DNA from: Takakia lepidozioides | Taxonomy: Eukaryota; Plantae; Bryophyta | DNA length: 64,000 nucleotides | NCBI GenBank assembly: GCA_030704615.1 | Contig: CM060731.1 | Location: 92,566,001 to 92,630,000 of the forward strand | Direction of reading: 5' to 3' | Part shown: piece by piece, positions 25,490 through 38,115 of the stretch | How positions within the stretch are numbered: position 1 is the stretch's first letter | How the letters are laid out: every line of letters begins with the position of its first letter | Notes under the pieces: model-generated | Told to the model about the DNA's origin: nothing | The model's database searches: none | What the model saw: the letters and a program-made list of their open reading frames with translations, nothing else | Program-made: the position numbers and the translations under genes

Positions 25490-28400
25490 TGACAACGAGC
25501 CCGGCACGCTGGTGGTATCATCGATAGCTCCAACTCATCGCATGTTTGGATCGCCCAACTTGGGGCGGGAGGGCAAACTAAAACCTTTTGTTGGTGGACG
25601 GGAGGACCTGCAGCGAGAGTACGACAGACATTGGGGAGGTTGGTGCAGGCGGCATGGCAGGTGAAGGGCGTGAGGACATGAGGACAGCAGATCCGGCAAT
25701 GGAGGTTGTTGATGCACATGCAGTAGGGCCCGCCCACGCAAAGAAGAAGAAGAAAGCCAAACACATGCAATCCCCCGCGAGAGAGCCGTCACGGGCTGCG
25801 GAGGGGGGAGTGAGCAGTGCGCGCGAGGGTGTCAGTTCTCCTCAATCAAAGGTGGTCGTCCTGGAGGGCTCCCCTGCTGCTAGCCCTAGTAAGAAACAGA
25901 AAGCCCGTGAGAGGGCAAAAGAGAGGGCAAAAGAACAGGCGAGACAGAAGGCTAGCCAGGAGGAAAGAGAAAAGGCCACTGAAGAGGCCAGGGGTGCCGA
26001 AATGACAGATGCCCATGTAAGCGAGGGACGCACAGATACGGTGGATCCCTCCAAGACACCACAAAGAGGCAGTAACACACCGGTTACACCATCGCGGACA
26101 AGAGCAGCCCCCGCAATTACCCATACGGTGGAGAGTGGAGGAGAGGAAATAACACCACAAAGAGCACGGATTGTGCAAGTTCGAGGTGAAGCCGGGGAGA
26201 TGGCAGTAGAGTCGGGGAGAGTGCTCGAGGTGGTTTCGCCGGTGGTTGACCATGTTGAGGAGGACGACACCGAGCTTTCTGACCAAGATGACATCCTCCC
26301 GGACATCCCCAGGCCCCAAACCCGCAGCATACAGGCTAGATTTGGCAGTCCTGGTGGGCTGCCGGAGAACCCCTCTGCAGCAGACGTCATGTCGGAGGCG
26401 GATATGAAGTTGGCCGCTTCCAAGATGTTGGAGGCAACCCACAGCAACATTGGCAGGGTGCTGGGGGGCATGGTGTACCCGGCCAAGCTTTGAATTCCCC
26501 TTTGCCGCTTGGTGTCTTTGCAGGTGGTGAGACCTGCCCTCCCAGGCGATATCGACAAGCTGAAATTCTCTTTCCGGGATGGATATCGAATGGGGTCTGC
26601 CGCATTTTACGTTTCCATTGAGAACGGCCACGGAGCTTCCCGTGCCCACACTTCCGATGAGGTGGACAAATGGGGTCCCCATTGGCAAAGGCGAAATGAG
26701 GAGTTCGAGAGATCGATTGCTACTGATCCTCTTTTCCAGCACTTGTCCGGAAAGATGTTTTACGTGTGGGACGGCAATCATCGCCTCCTGGCATGGATGG
26801 AGCACATAGCCGAGGCCCACCCCAACGACCTCGATTGGCATTTCGCCGTGGAGTGTGTTGTGCTGAAGGTTGCGGGGCCCAAAGATCGCAGTCTTCTCAA
26901 AGCTGCAATGGCGGACATCAACTCGTAAGTTACAACGCCTCTTGCTTTTGGACCCAAAATTTGTAAGTCATTTCATTGCGAATCCTCATATTTGTTCAAA
27001 ATTCCCATTTCAGTATTGTTTGATGGAAATGTGGCATTGCAAGGTGACTGAGAATGCCTTCATTGCCACCAACTTGTCCCATATGCTCTTCCGAGTGAAG
27101 GATGTCGGGAAGCAGGGGGTGCAAGAGTTTGCCAATTCGCTCAGTGCCGACCTCCTGCGCAAGTCGGAGACAAAGGCAAACAAAACCTGGTATAGGCTGA
27201 GCATGGACGCCATGGAGGACTACATATTTTGGGTAAAGCTCCTGACTGTTTTGTTGAGCTAATCTGTCTCTCCTCCCCCAATAGAAGAAAAAGTGTTGAG
27301 CAGGATCTCTAATCTTATGTGCGCATTCTTGACAGACGAAAATTCAGCAGGATTTGGCACATGCGTGGAGGTTCTACATGGAGTCAGAGGAGAAGAATCT
27401 AACCCTCCCGGCACTCGAATCGTATCTCAAAGCTGCGGAGGCCAGGGCCCGCATAAAGTACAAATCGCGGATGGTAAAGTACGTGGCCATAGCTGATCCC
27501 GCCCTTGGTGCCGACTTTCTGGTGGAGGTGGGGAAGCACTACTCCCGCGCTCTGAAGCCCACGATGACATTGGAGAAGCTCCATCGTCTAGCCACATCCT
27601 GTGTGGATGCAACAGAAAAGGTGATACATTCTTAACCAAATTGTGGTGGCAACAACTCGTTTTTGTGGGTTTGGCGCTTACGAATATGCTGGGTGGTTGG
27701 ACAGACCCGGTGGCTCCAAATCTGGAATGGTTCCCAAAGTACAAAGGACATGTGGAGCTTCCCCAAACCGGACAAACTGTCTGACCCGACATTCGACATG
27801 TGGATGAACCGCATGACATGGTGGTTTCAGGTACTTCCCCACGCTTCGTTTGGCGCTTCTACTCTTGTAGGGGGTGGATTCATTGTATTTTTTCAAGAAA
27901 GCGATCTGATGGAGAATCTCCACAGGTGACGACGAATGCGCAAGAGCAGCTGGACACACAAGCACATCAGTTCAAGATGGAGATTTCTCCTGCAACAGAG
28001 AGCCTACGCGACTATGTGACGAGGTACTTTCTGCTGTACAAAACCGACCTATTCTTTCGGGAGATACCCCATGCCCGCCGGAGCCACGAGTTCACCGACC
28101 AGCCGAACGCGGACAAAGCAGCAATGCGCCTTCTGTACAGGTACATACGCGATGCCTTCCTTTCAAGTCCTTGCATTTCAGGATGTTAGAGGCCTCATGT
28201 GGCGCATAAAAATTGATCCTTGGAAAAATGGCGCCGAATTTCTAGTCCAGGGCACCCAAAATGGCTAAGTCCCTAGAGTGGCAGGCACCGAAAACCAAAA
28301 TTCGGCGCCATTTTTCCATTTCAAGGCCCAGTCAGTTCTGGGACTTAGCCATTTTCGGGCCGGACCTGGGAAAATGGCGCCGAATTTCCAGTTCAGGGCT

Positions 28401-30109
28401 CCCAAAATGGCTAAGTCCCTAGGGTGGCAGGCACCGAAAACCGAAATTCGGCGCCATTTTTCCAATTCCAGGGCCAGTCAGTTCAGGGACTTAGGCATTT
28501 TCGGCCCGGACCTGGGAAAATGGCGCCGAATTTCCAGTTCAGGGCTCCCAAAATGGCTAAGTCCCTAGGGTGGCTGGCACCGAAAACCGAAATTCGGCGC
28601 CATTTTTCCAATTCCAGGGCCAGTCAGTTCAGGGACTTAGGCATTTTCGGCCCGGACCTGGGAAAATGGCGCCGAATTTCCAGTTCAGGGCTCCCAAAAT
28701 GGCTAAGTCCCTAGGGTGGCTGGCACCGAAAACCGAAATTCGGCGCCATTTTTCCAATTCCAGGGCTAGTCAGTTCAGGGACTTAGGCATTTTCGGCCCG
28801 GACCTGGGAAAATGGCGCCGAATTTCCAGTTCAGGGCTCCCAAAATGGCTAAGTCCCTAGGGTGGCTGGCACCGAAAACCGAAATTCGGCGCCATTTTCC
28901 CAGTTCTAGGCCCAGTCAGTTCCGCCCCAACCTGGGAAAATGGTGCCGAATTTCCAGTTCAGGGACCTCATTCTGTGTTTTTCATGAATGCAGGTACTGC
29001 AAGTTCTCCCTTTTGGAGAGAGGTCATCTGTCTTTCGAGCCACCATTCTTCTTGGCATGGAGGAACCCTGGGGCTGACTCCATGTACACTGACGTTATTG
29101 TGAAGGAGTGGCATCTGGAACATTTGCGTGATTGCCCTTGGTATGTGGACCTTCCGCCCGGCTTGCTCGACCCATCCAAGTTTCAATTGAAGCTGGATGC
29201 TGAGGCCCGACGAAACCGGGCTCCGCTGCCTCCGCTGGGTCCAAAAGAGGCAAAAGCGCTTGCAAACTCCAGGAAAGCGGCAGAGCTTGCTCAGGCAGGA
29301 ATTCAGGAGAAATTGGATGAGAAGAATAAAGGCCAAAGGAAAAGGACAAGGAAACAGGTGAGTACAGTAACACCCAAAAAACAGAAAAACATCGGGGCAT
29401 CGGAGGAGGCGTAGGAGGGGACCCAAGGGAGTGACTCGGACGACGACTTTGTTCAAGGTCCTACGACTACTGCTGCTGCTACCAAGTCACCGGTCGTCCG
29501 GGTTCCCAAGTCAGTTCGGAGTGGGACTGGCTCTGCCAAGAAGTTGGCATTTGAGGGCGAGCCTACACGGCGGTATTCGGTGGTGACGTTTACGCACAGG
29601 CCAAAGCTAGAACCTCAACCATCATCCAATGCGTCAATGAGAGCTTCCTTGATGCTCTCGCTGCCAAGGCGAAGAAGGTGGCACACAACAAGTCTTTGGC
29701 GGAGCAGAAGGGGAAAGCCAAGAAGAGGGCTGCCGGTACAGAGCCTAAAGACACCCCTGGTTTTGAAGCCATGATGGATTCTTCACCGCTGTGAGCACGG
29801 ATTGCAAGAGCACTCGGGGGGGGGGTTGAGGTGGAGAGAGCTTGCGATATGATTCTCCTCGACATTCCAGATGGGGAGCTGCTGGAGGGCCTGGATGGTG
29901 TGCCCAACTGGAACAGGTTTACTGAGGACTACTGAAAAGCTGGGTTTGGGCTGGCGGGGATGCTCCTGGATGACGGTGGATGTGTGGTTGTCCTTGCCAC
30001 AAGAGGGAAGACCACAGAGAATGCGGTGGCAAGATGGACACCGAAAAGTGTCACCCCGGTCCTCCTCAGAAAATGGTTCTGCATCAATACACAGGGGTTG
30101 CGAACAGAG
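25490..30109 (+). pseudogene. ParB-amino-methyltransferase gene copy B; exons ~25490-26924, ~27043-27232, 27336-27620, 27705-27830, 27926-28140, 28994-30109 (3'-truncated)
   Basis: ParB/Srx-like IPLCRLVSLQVVRPALPGDIDKLKFSF...FYVWDGNHRLLAWM. GT-AG introns conserved across copies (one acceptor mutated CAG>CAA). MTase motif IV DMILLDIPDG at 29861-29875 followed by LLDDGGCVVVL. Premature stops at 26491 and 29412. Confidence 0.85.
28220..28965. repeat. 146-bp intronic tandem repeat, about 5 near-identical units (copy B)
   Basis: Near-identical ORF-track peptides start at 28278, 28424 and 28570 (period 146). Contains AAATTCGGCGCC in both orientations. Confidence 0.93.
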
Positions 30110-33100
30110 TGCTATTTGTGCATACCTTTTGACAAATCTTCTGTAATAACTGGTTTGCCCAAGGAATCTCCTTAAACTTTTAACATTCTCTAGTGGTGGA
30201 GAGGCTTTAATGGACTCTGTCTTTCTGGGATCCAGCACCATTGAGCAAGCTTCTGAAGAAAGATGCAGTGTTTGCCTGGACCGCTAAATGTCAGCAGGCG
30301 TTTGAGGAACTTACACTGTCAGTAACAACTACACCGGTGCTGATTAACCCTCACTGGCATGTAGTATTTCATGTTCACTGCAATGCATCAGGAGAAGCGT
30401 TGGGAGCGGTGTTAGCCCAGAATGTTACAGGAAATATAGATTCACCTGTGTACTATGCTAGCCGGTTGATGAACAGTGCTGAAAGGAACTATAGCACAAC
30501 GGAAAGAGAAGCATTGGCAATGATCTATGCAGTGAAGAAATTCAGGCATTACCTGTTGGGCAAGAAGTTTATGTTTTATGTGGATCACCAGGCCCTGATA
30601 TACCTGGTAAACAAACCTCTGATAAGCGGAAGAATAGCAAGATGGTTGATAATCTTGCACGAGTTTGAGTTCGAGGTTGTTTACAAGCCTGGGAGACTGC
30701 ATCTTGTGGCGGATCATTTGTCACGGTTATCAACAGGAGAACCAGCCACAGGAATAGATGATCAATTACCAGATGCGAGTCTCTTTGCAGTGGAGGTGCA
30801 GGGAAGTGCAGATGACTGGTTAGATTGGCAGTGGCCAATCAGATACTACCTTGCTCATGGTCAGTGCCCACCTAGTTATGGTAAGGAGCAGAGGAAGAGA
30901 ATCGCTATCAAAGCTTTACCTTATACTATGGTAGGAAGCAGAATGTATAAGCTAGGACCTGATGGAGTACTAAAACGATGCTTGTACCACCATGAAGTAA
31001 ATAAAGTTTTGGAGGAAGTTCATAAAGGAGTGGCTGGAGGTCATTTTGGAGAAGAGACTACAAGTAGGAAGATACTACTCGCAGGTTACTGGTGGCCTAC
31101 TTTGTTCAAAGATGTACACGAGTATTGTCAGAGTTGTGATGAATGTCAGAGGCTAGGACCTTTGCAGAGATCTGGAAGGATGGCCTTGCATCCTACAATG
31201 CCTACGGAACCATTTCAGAAATGGGGACTAGACTTTGTTGGACCAATTAACCCACCAGCCAAGAATACACGGAGCAGGTACATAATTACAGCCACTGATT
31301 ATACTATGAAGTGGGTGGAAGCTAAAGCTTTAAGGGACAACACAGCCAAGTCCACAGCAAGGTTCCTGTATGAGAACATACTTACACGATTTGGCTGTCC
31401 CTTAGAATTTATCAGTGATCAGGGAAGTCACTTCATGAATGAGACCATTGAGTTGTTGACTAAAGAGTTCATGATTGTACATAGAAAGAGTACAACATAT
31501 TACCCACAGGGTAATGGGCAGGCAGAGGCTACCAACAAAATACTATGCACTATCTTGGCTAAGATAGTCAATGCGAACAGAACGGATTGGGATACAAAGC
31601 TGCTGACAGCTTTGTGGTCATACAGGACTTCCTATAAAGTCACCACAAAGTATACACCATTCCAATTAGTTTATGGTATGGAAGCCTTACTTCCAGTGGA
31701 ATTCCTGTTACCTACCATGAGAACGGAGTGGGGAAAAAGAATGGAATTGCAAGATTCCATTAAGGTCAGGAAACATGAATTATACCATGTGGAAGAAGTA
31801 CGTGCTGATGCAGCTGATAATATGACCAGAATTCAGATGAAGAGGAAGGAACAGTTTGATGAAGGCAAGTTAAAAACTTTTAAGACGGGAGATTTGGTTC
31901 TATGGTTGCAGAAAAAGGGAAAGATTAAAGCTTCTAAGCTTAAATCACCATGGAAAGGACCTTATGTCATACAAAAGATGTATGATAACAACACCGCCAT
32001 GTTACAAACCATTAACAAAAAAATGCTGGGAAGAGTCAATGCCAATAAATTGAAGGGGTACAGTGGTATCCATGACAAACCATTACAGCATGATTTGCAT
32101 GTTGAAACGCAAGAGCAGTCAAGGGCTGCACCAGTGTTACGAACGGAGTATGGAGCACTTGTCGCTAGGCCGAGCATATATGACCAGGGCGGGCAAAACA
32201 AGCGTGACACAGCCTATCACAGCCCATCAAGGCGGACCACAGCCTATCACAGCCAATCACGACGTGACACAACCTATCACAGCCCATCAAGGCAAAGCAC
32301 AGCCTATCACAGCCCTTCACGACGTGACACAGCCTATCACAGCCCAGCACGGCGCATCACAGCCTATCACAGCTTACCACAGTGTATCACAGCCTATCAC
32401 AGCGTACCACAGTATGACACAGCATGTCACAGCTCAACACAGTCTACTAGGGTTACACGATCCATAGATTCAGTGACAGGTGGACGCATAATAACTTCAG
32501 GAAAATGGCTGACGGAAGAAAAGACGGAAACTAGTTTAAAAATAGACACGTGGAAGTCAGGGCGCGACACACAGCTGAGAAGGAAGTGCAAGAACAGGTG
32601 TCATAAAGAAAGAGGACAAGAACGGCCGTCAAAAGGGATGAAAGGCGGGCCCATTAATGAATACGGAAAAATGGAAACGGAACGAACGGCAAGTACAGAA
32701 AAGCGAAATTCTTGTCACATGTGTGATCCTAGTGGACTATCCAGCAGGGAAAGTCCACTAAAGAAAATGAAATCTAAAATCCAGTCACAGCGGATACAGC
32801 CAATAGAAAACCAGAGAAAGGATCAAGAAAATGGAGGGAAATTGAGCGCAAGAGGCGGCGTCGTTCTGAGTAACGGGCGTCTCGACGGGACAGACCATCA
32901 ATGCTATAGCTTGGAAACTATGGAGGAACTAACAGATTATACGCTTGCAATATTACTTACGCAGCATAGACACGAAAGAACAGAGCGGAGCTTTTCTCTT
33001 GAGCGATGCTTGCAAGCCCCGCAAGCTTACAAGAAATTACCCATAGCTTTCTGTGGCAACCATACGTTTATGCTTTGTGCACTACAGACATTTCTGCAGC

Positions 33101-34290
33101 TGTTACAGCCAAAACAGTTCTGTGAGTCTAAAATGAAGAGAGTGAGAGGAATGGAGGAAATCAGGGTGAAGAGCACCACAATTCTGCAGAAACAAACGAT
33201 TGTTACCCCACAGGCGATACAGATACTGGAGGAGCTGAGATTGCAAGGATTGCAAAGCATAGATTGGACAATACACCATAGACAGTACATGTTACAATTT
33301 TTGCAGAACTTTGAGCCAAGGACAGGAACAACAACGGTGAAGGGAGTTGAATTAATGATTACTCCCCTATACCTCCAGCAATTGTTTCGATTGCCCGCAG
33401 GTCAGGTGCATGTGGAGGAACACAGGGCAAGACTACAAATAGGGGACTTATTCCAAGAAGGGAGTTTCTTTAAAACTCAGGGTTATGCTTGTACCAAGGC
33501 TGTGTACCCAGGGCTAAAAGAGGTGGGCCAGGTATTGAACGTTCTGATTGCCTTGAAACAGAACCAACAGTATTTGAGCAGATCCTTCACGGAGGAAATA
33601 CTCAAAGCCCTGAAGGGACAAGAGGTACAATGGGCGGACATAATGTACAATGCACTGGTGGAGGAGATGAAAAGATTACAAGGTACTACCGCAAAGTCTC
33701 CTATCATAGTGTCTGGCCCAATCATTGCTCAAATAATTCTTGATTCTGGCATACTTGATGCGCAAGAAAGAAAGGAGATGGGAGTGTTTGAGCCAGAAAC
33801 CACTGCAATGGAAGAGCAAGGCTCTTCACACAGTGAGGGTGGACTAGCAGGGCAACCCGAGACTAAGAGGCAGAGACGGGGAAAGATTGTAGTGGCGGAT
33901 CCACTGGCTTCATGGATTCCGCATGATAATGTTTCCCAAGCTCATGTGTAGGAAGGGGCACAGCAGCACAGAGAGATGCTATTTCTGGAAGCAGGACCTT
34001 CAGAGAGGGAGGAGCAAGTTACTTCAGTATCACAACCATCACAGCCAGCTGATCGACTAGTCACAAGGTCACAAGTTGTCCATGCAGCTCAAGCAGAAAT
34101 AATTGATTTGGAAAGAGAAGGGTTAGATATTCCAACAACAGAACAGATAGTAGCAGAAATGGAGAAGGGGGACCTTCTCTATGAATATTCTGGTCTGGTC
34201 AAGGAGACAGAGATTCCAGAGATGCAACAGTTGCCCAAGGGAAATCCTGAGGTGCATATAATACACACACCTGTGACGGAGGTACCACAG
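30110..34290 (+). mobile_element. Non-chromoviral Ty3/gypsy fragment (RNase H, integrase, fused extra ORF), same family as 16823-21333
   Basis: 1236-aa ORF 30241-33951 with RNase H, HHCC zinc finger, DDE integrase core and WKGPY. It is followed by an Athila-like extra-ORF region FLQNFEPRTGTTTVKGVELMITP. Bases 30110-30234 are an inverted RT piece. Confidence 0.92.
32205..32440 (+). repeat. 30-bp tandem repeat (ACAGCCTATCACAGCC core) inside the gypsy ORF
   Basis: Encodes about 8 TAYHSxxRR-like units. Related repeats at 18760-18900 and 44560-44790. Confidence 0.85.
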
Positions 34291-34294
34291 GCGG

Positions 34295-35400
34295 AAGGGC
34301 AACCATCCGTTGGCCCATTGAACGAATTTCGATTGATCTCATATTACTCTGGGGCCTCTTACATGGCACATTGAACATAGTGGCCAAGTCTCAAAACGAA
34401 CCAAAATCATTTCGATGGCCAACCATCCGTTGAGCCATTGAATGAATTTCGATTGATCTCATATTAGTCCGCGACCTGTGAGAGGGTGTCTCGAACGTGC
34501 TGACAAAGTTTGGAAGCAAACAAAAATGATTTGGATGGGCGACCATCCGTTCACCTGTGGAATGTATTCCGTTGGATCTACTATTGCTTTGAGACCTGTT
34601 GGACTGTGTTTCGCGTGCTCACGATTTTTTTTTTCATTCTGTTTCTGAATGGGGTGTGTAATGTAGCCATATGCAACGTGTGTGCCAAATTTGGGAGCGA
34701 TCAAAATTCATTTGGACCCAAAATCACAGTTTTTTCCTTGTTTTGCACTCCAAACCTATTTATTGGCTTAAAATAAAATAAAATTCAATTAAATTGTGAA
34801 ATGGCTTGAAGGGGGAGCGCGTCAATGGGGAGGCAAATGATTTATTTGTCTGTTGTGTCTCTGCACATGTGTCGCACACATGTTCAAGCACATGCAGACA
34901 AAAGAGGGGCTTCAACCATATCCGTTCAATGGGTGCAATAGCCGTGCACTCATTGCAGGATTTCTTTTTTCGCATTGAACAAAAACCAGATGACAAGTGA
35001 ACGCCTCATTGGACAATCGAACGAATTTCGATTGATCTCGTATTACACTGGGACGTATCAGATGGTATATTGAACACATTGGCCAAGTTTCAAAGCGAAC
35101 TAAAATCATTTGGATGGGCAACCATCCGTTGGCCCATTGAACGAATTTCAATTGATCTCATATTATTCTGGGGCCTCTTACATGGCACATTGAACATAAT
35201 GGCCAAGTCTCAAATCGAACTAAAATCATTTCAATGGCCAACCATCCGTTGAGCCATCGAATGAATTTCGATTGATCTCATATTAGTCCGGGACCTGATA
35301 CATGGTATGTTGAACATAGTGGCAAAGATTGAAAGCAAACGAAAATCATTTGGATGGGCAACCGTTCAATCACCCATTGAATGAATGGGGTTTCGTATAC
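34295..35400. repeat. 120-bp tandem repeat family (inverted relative to 7500-8339), two blocks
   Basis: GGGCAACCATCCGTTGGCCCATTGAACGAATTTCGATTGATCTCATATTA units at 34295-34600 and 35010-35400. Confidence 0.85.
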
Positions 35401-37199
35401 TGGGATCTGTTACATGGTATGCCCTTTGAAGCTCTTTTTGTAGCGTCTCCTGCCTCGTAATGCGGTGCTTCTCCATGTCCACTTTATCCAATATATTCCA
35501 CCTGGAACAGATCCACATATGTGTGCAGAAATCCTTAAAAAGACAAATGACCATCTCCACTTTTATAAGCCTCATCCCCAGTTTCCAGTTTTGATGGTCA
35601 TTTGGTTTTTTAAGTCTTTACATACGCATATGTGGATATCTTCCAGATGGAAGATATTAACATTGGAAAAATAAGAGTTGGAGAAGCACTTCATTACGAA
35701 GCAAGAGACATTACAGAAGACCTCAGCATGTTGAACATCTGGATGAAGAACCTTGCCCATCGTCGCTTCAAAGTTCTAGCGCTTCTGAAATGATTACATG
35801 TTTGTTGGTGGAAGCAGATCTCATAGGCCACATTGATCTTGTACCCATCGAAGACTCCCATAGGCCACATGAAACGGTTCATGTGATACATTTTCACAAA
35901 TGCGATGTGATACATTTGTGAAACGGTATCACATCAACCGTTTAATGTGGCCAATGCACTTCTTCCGCACCATGGCGGAAATGTTCGCCATTTGAAAGCA
36001 CAAACACAAATAATCCGTGCAAACAATCTCAATAATCATATGTACTGCAAGGTGTTTCATACTGCCGATGTTCATGTAGCTGAATTATTTAGGAATCCTT
36101 TTACTACTCCCATGCCAACAACATCAGGTCCACTACGACTGCCATATTCCGAATTCCGTATCAGCCACCACGAACATGAAACCAGGAACTTTGCACAAAA
36201 TCTCCAATTCATTCAATTTATGGTGGGCCAGGGCTGCAGCATGCAAGCTGGCCGGGGTGGCTGATACGTCCGTTAGAACATGACAGTCTCAGAGGACGTT
36301 GGCATGGGAATAGCAAAAAGAGTACTACAAAATTCAGTTAGAGGAACAACAATAGCATGAAACACCATACCGTAAATATGATTGTTGACATTGGTTGTGA
36401 CAGCTCCAATCAATAGAGAACTCGCACCATCAGTTGCGCTCCAACAGCAGTACCGGTCCCTTGAGTAAATAAAATTCCGTTGTAAATAATAAATTGCATA
36501 CGCTCAAACCTCACAAATGTCATTTCAACAAAACCGGCCGTGTATTGTGGCACTGTTTGTAACTGCGAATGTTTCAATGTTTCTGACACGGTACTGAGAA
36601 AATGATATATTGGCTCCATAGGAGTTAGACAACAAACGTTCCATATCTCATTCAACTGTGCGACACTACCATGAGTGACATGGATAAAAAAATAATAGGT
36701 GTACATGCGACCTCCGCACGTTAAGTAGAGACCTACTATCAAACGTTCGGAGATCGCATGTGCACCTATTACTTTCCGATCCATGCCTCTCATGGTAGTG
36801 TTGCACAGTTGAATGAGATGAGACGTTTGTTGTCTAACTCCTACGGAACTAATACATCGTTTTCTCATAACCCTATCCGAAACCTTGGAACATTACAAAT
36901 GTAAACAATGAGCCAGTACACAAACCATTTATGTTGCGATGACAGGTGCCAGGGTCGAGCATATGCAATGTAGTATTTACAATGGGATTTTATTTATTAC
37001 ATGCACGATCAAAATTGAGTTATGTCTTCATAAAAGAACCATTGTACCGCCATAAATCTCATATCTACGATACTATGGCATGTTCATTGCGGTATGGAGT
37101 TCATTAACATTTATAGTGTCTTTGTTGGGGCTGGACAGGAATCGGGAGGCTTTCATCGCATGGGAGAGGGAAGAGCTGAAGGCGGAGATCTTCGCAAGG

Positions 37200-37715
37200 G
37201 GACGTGCGGCAACTGCATTCAACTTGTTTCGATCTGTCCGTCAAGGCTGCCCCCTGGCTCCTTTCCTCTTCATTATTGCCGCCGACACGCTTGGTTACAT
37301 GCTACAAGTAGACAGGCAGATTCTGGGTCTTAGAATCACAAACTACATAACTAACCAGCCTGCTTACATCAGGGAATCCATGTATGTAGATGACACTTTC
37401 CTTATGCTTCAAGCAAGCCAAACCAACCTGGACAGAACTGCAGCAACTTTGGAGGCCTTCTGTGAAACCTCTGGTTTCAAGGTCAACTGGAACAAAACTT
37501 GTGTCATCCTCGCTGGAGACACATCAAAATCCCTTCTGGGACGTGTGCCCTCTTGGGGCCAGGCCTGGGGTCTATCATGGCTGCAACCTAGCCCGACGAC
37601 AACGTTGCTAGGATACACCTATGGGCTTGATATCACCGATGAACAACGATTTGCACCCATTCTTTCCAAGATCAAAAGAAACCTCACTTTTTGGGGCTCT
37701 AAGTTCCTCTCAATC
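37200..37715 (+). mobile_element. LINE (L1-type) reverse transcriptase fragment
   Basis: RSVRQGCPLAPFLF...MYVDDT...SGFKVNWNKT...LSKIKRNLTFWGSKFLS. Confidence 0.85.
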
Positions 37716-37929
37716 ACGTTGCGCTTGTCAGTTCTTCCCCACAAATGCCAGCCCTTCCTGGGATGGGGACCTGCTTAATCAAACAACTTACCTTGTTTTT
37801 GTGAGGCACTTGTGCTGCATGGGGCAGAGCCATTCAATTGGCCGGAGGTCCAGTTCCTCCGCAAGTGAGCTATTCCCTTGTCACTGCAATCTATATATGT
37901 TTGTGGTGGTTGTCGAATTTCCTTTTTGG

Positions 37930-38115
37930 GGGAGTCTTGCTTGGGTAATGTGGACGTGGCAGAATGTGCAACAAAAGAAGTCTTGTCACTGGTGACCTAC
38001 ATCATGCAGCGCCACATTTGTTGTTATTGAACGTTTGTTCTGCAGCTGGCAGGTGGGACATTACAGCAATGGTGAGAAAGATGATGAAGAACATAGCTGG
38101 CATCAGAAAGGAAGG
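37930..38115 (+). pseudogene. PPR E-domain fragment
   Basis: GNVDVAECATKEVLSL and LLLNVCSAAGRWDITAMVRKMMK...GIRKE resemble PLS-PPR E1/E2 motifs. Confidence 0.7.
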
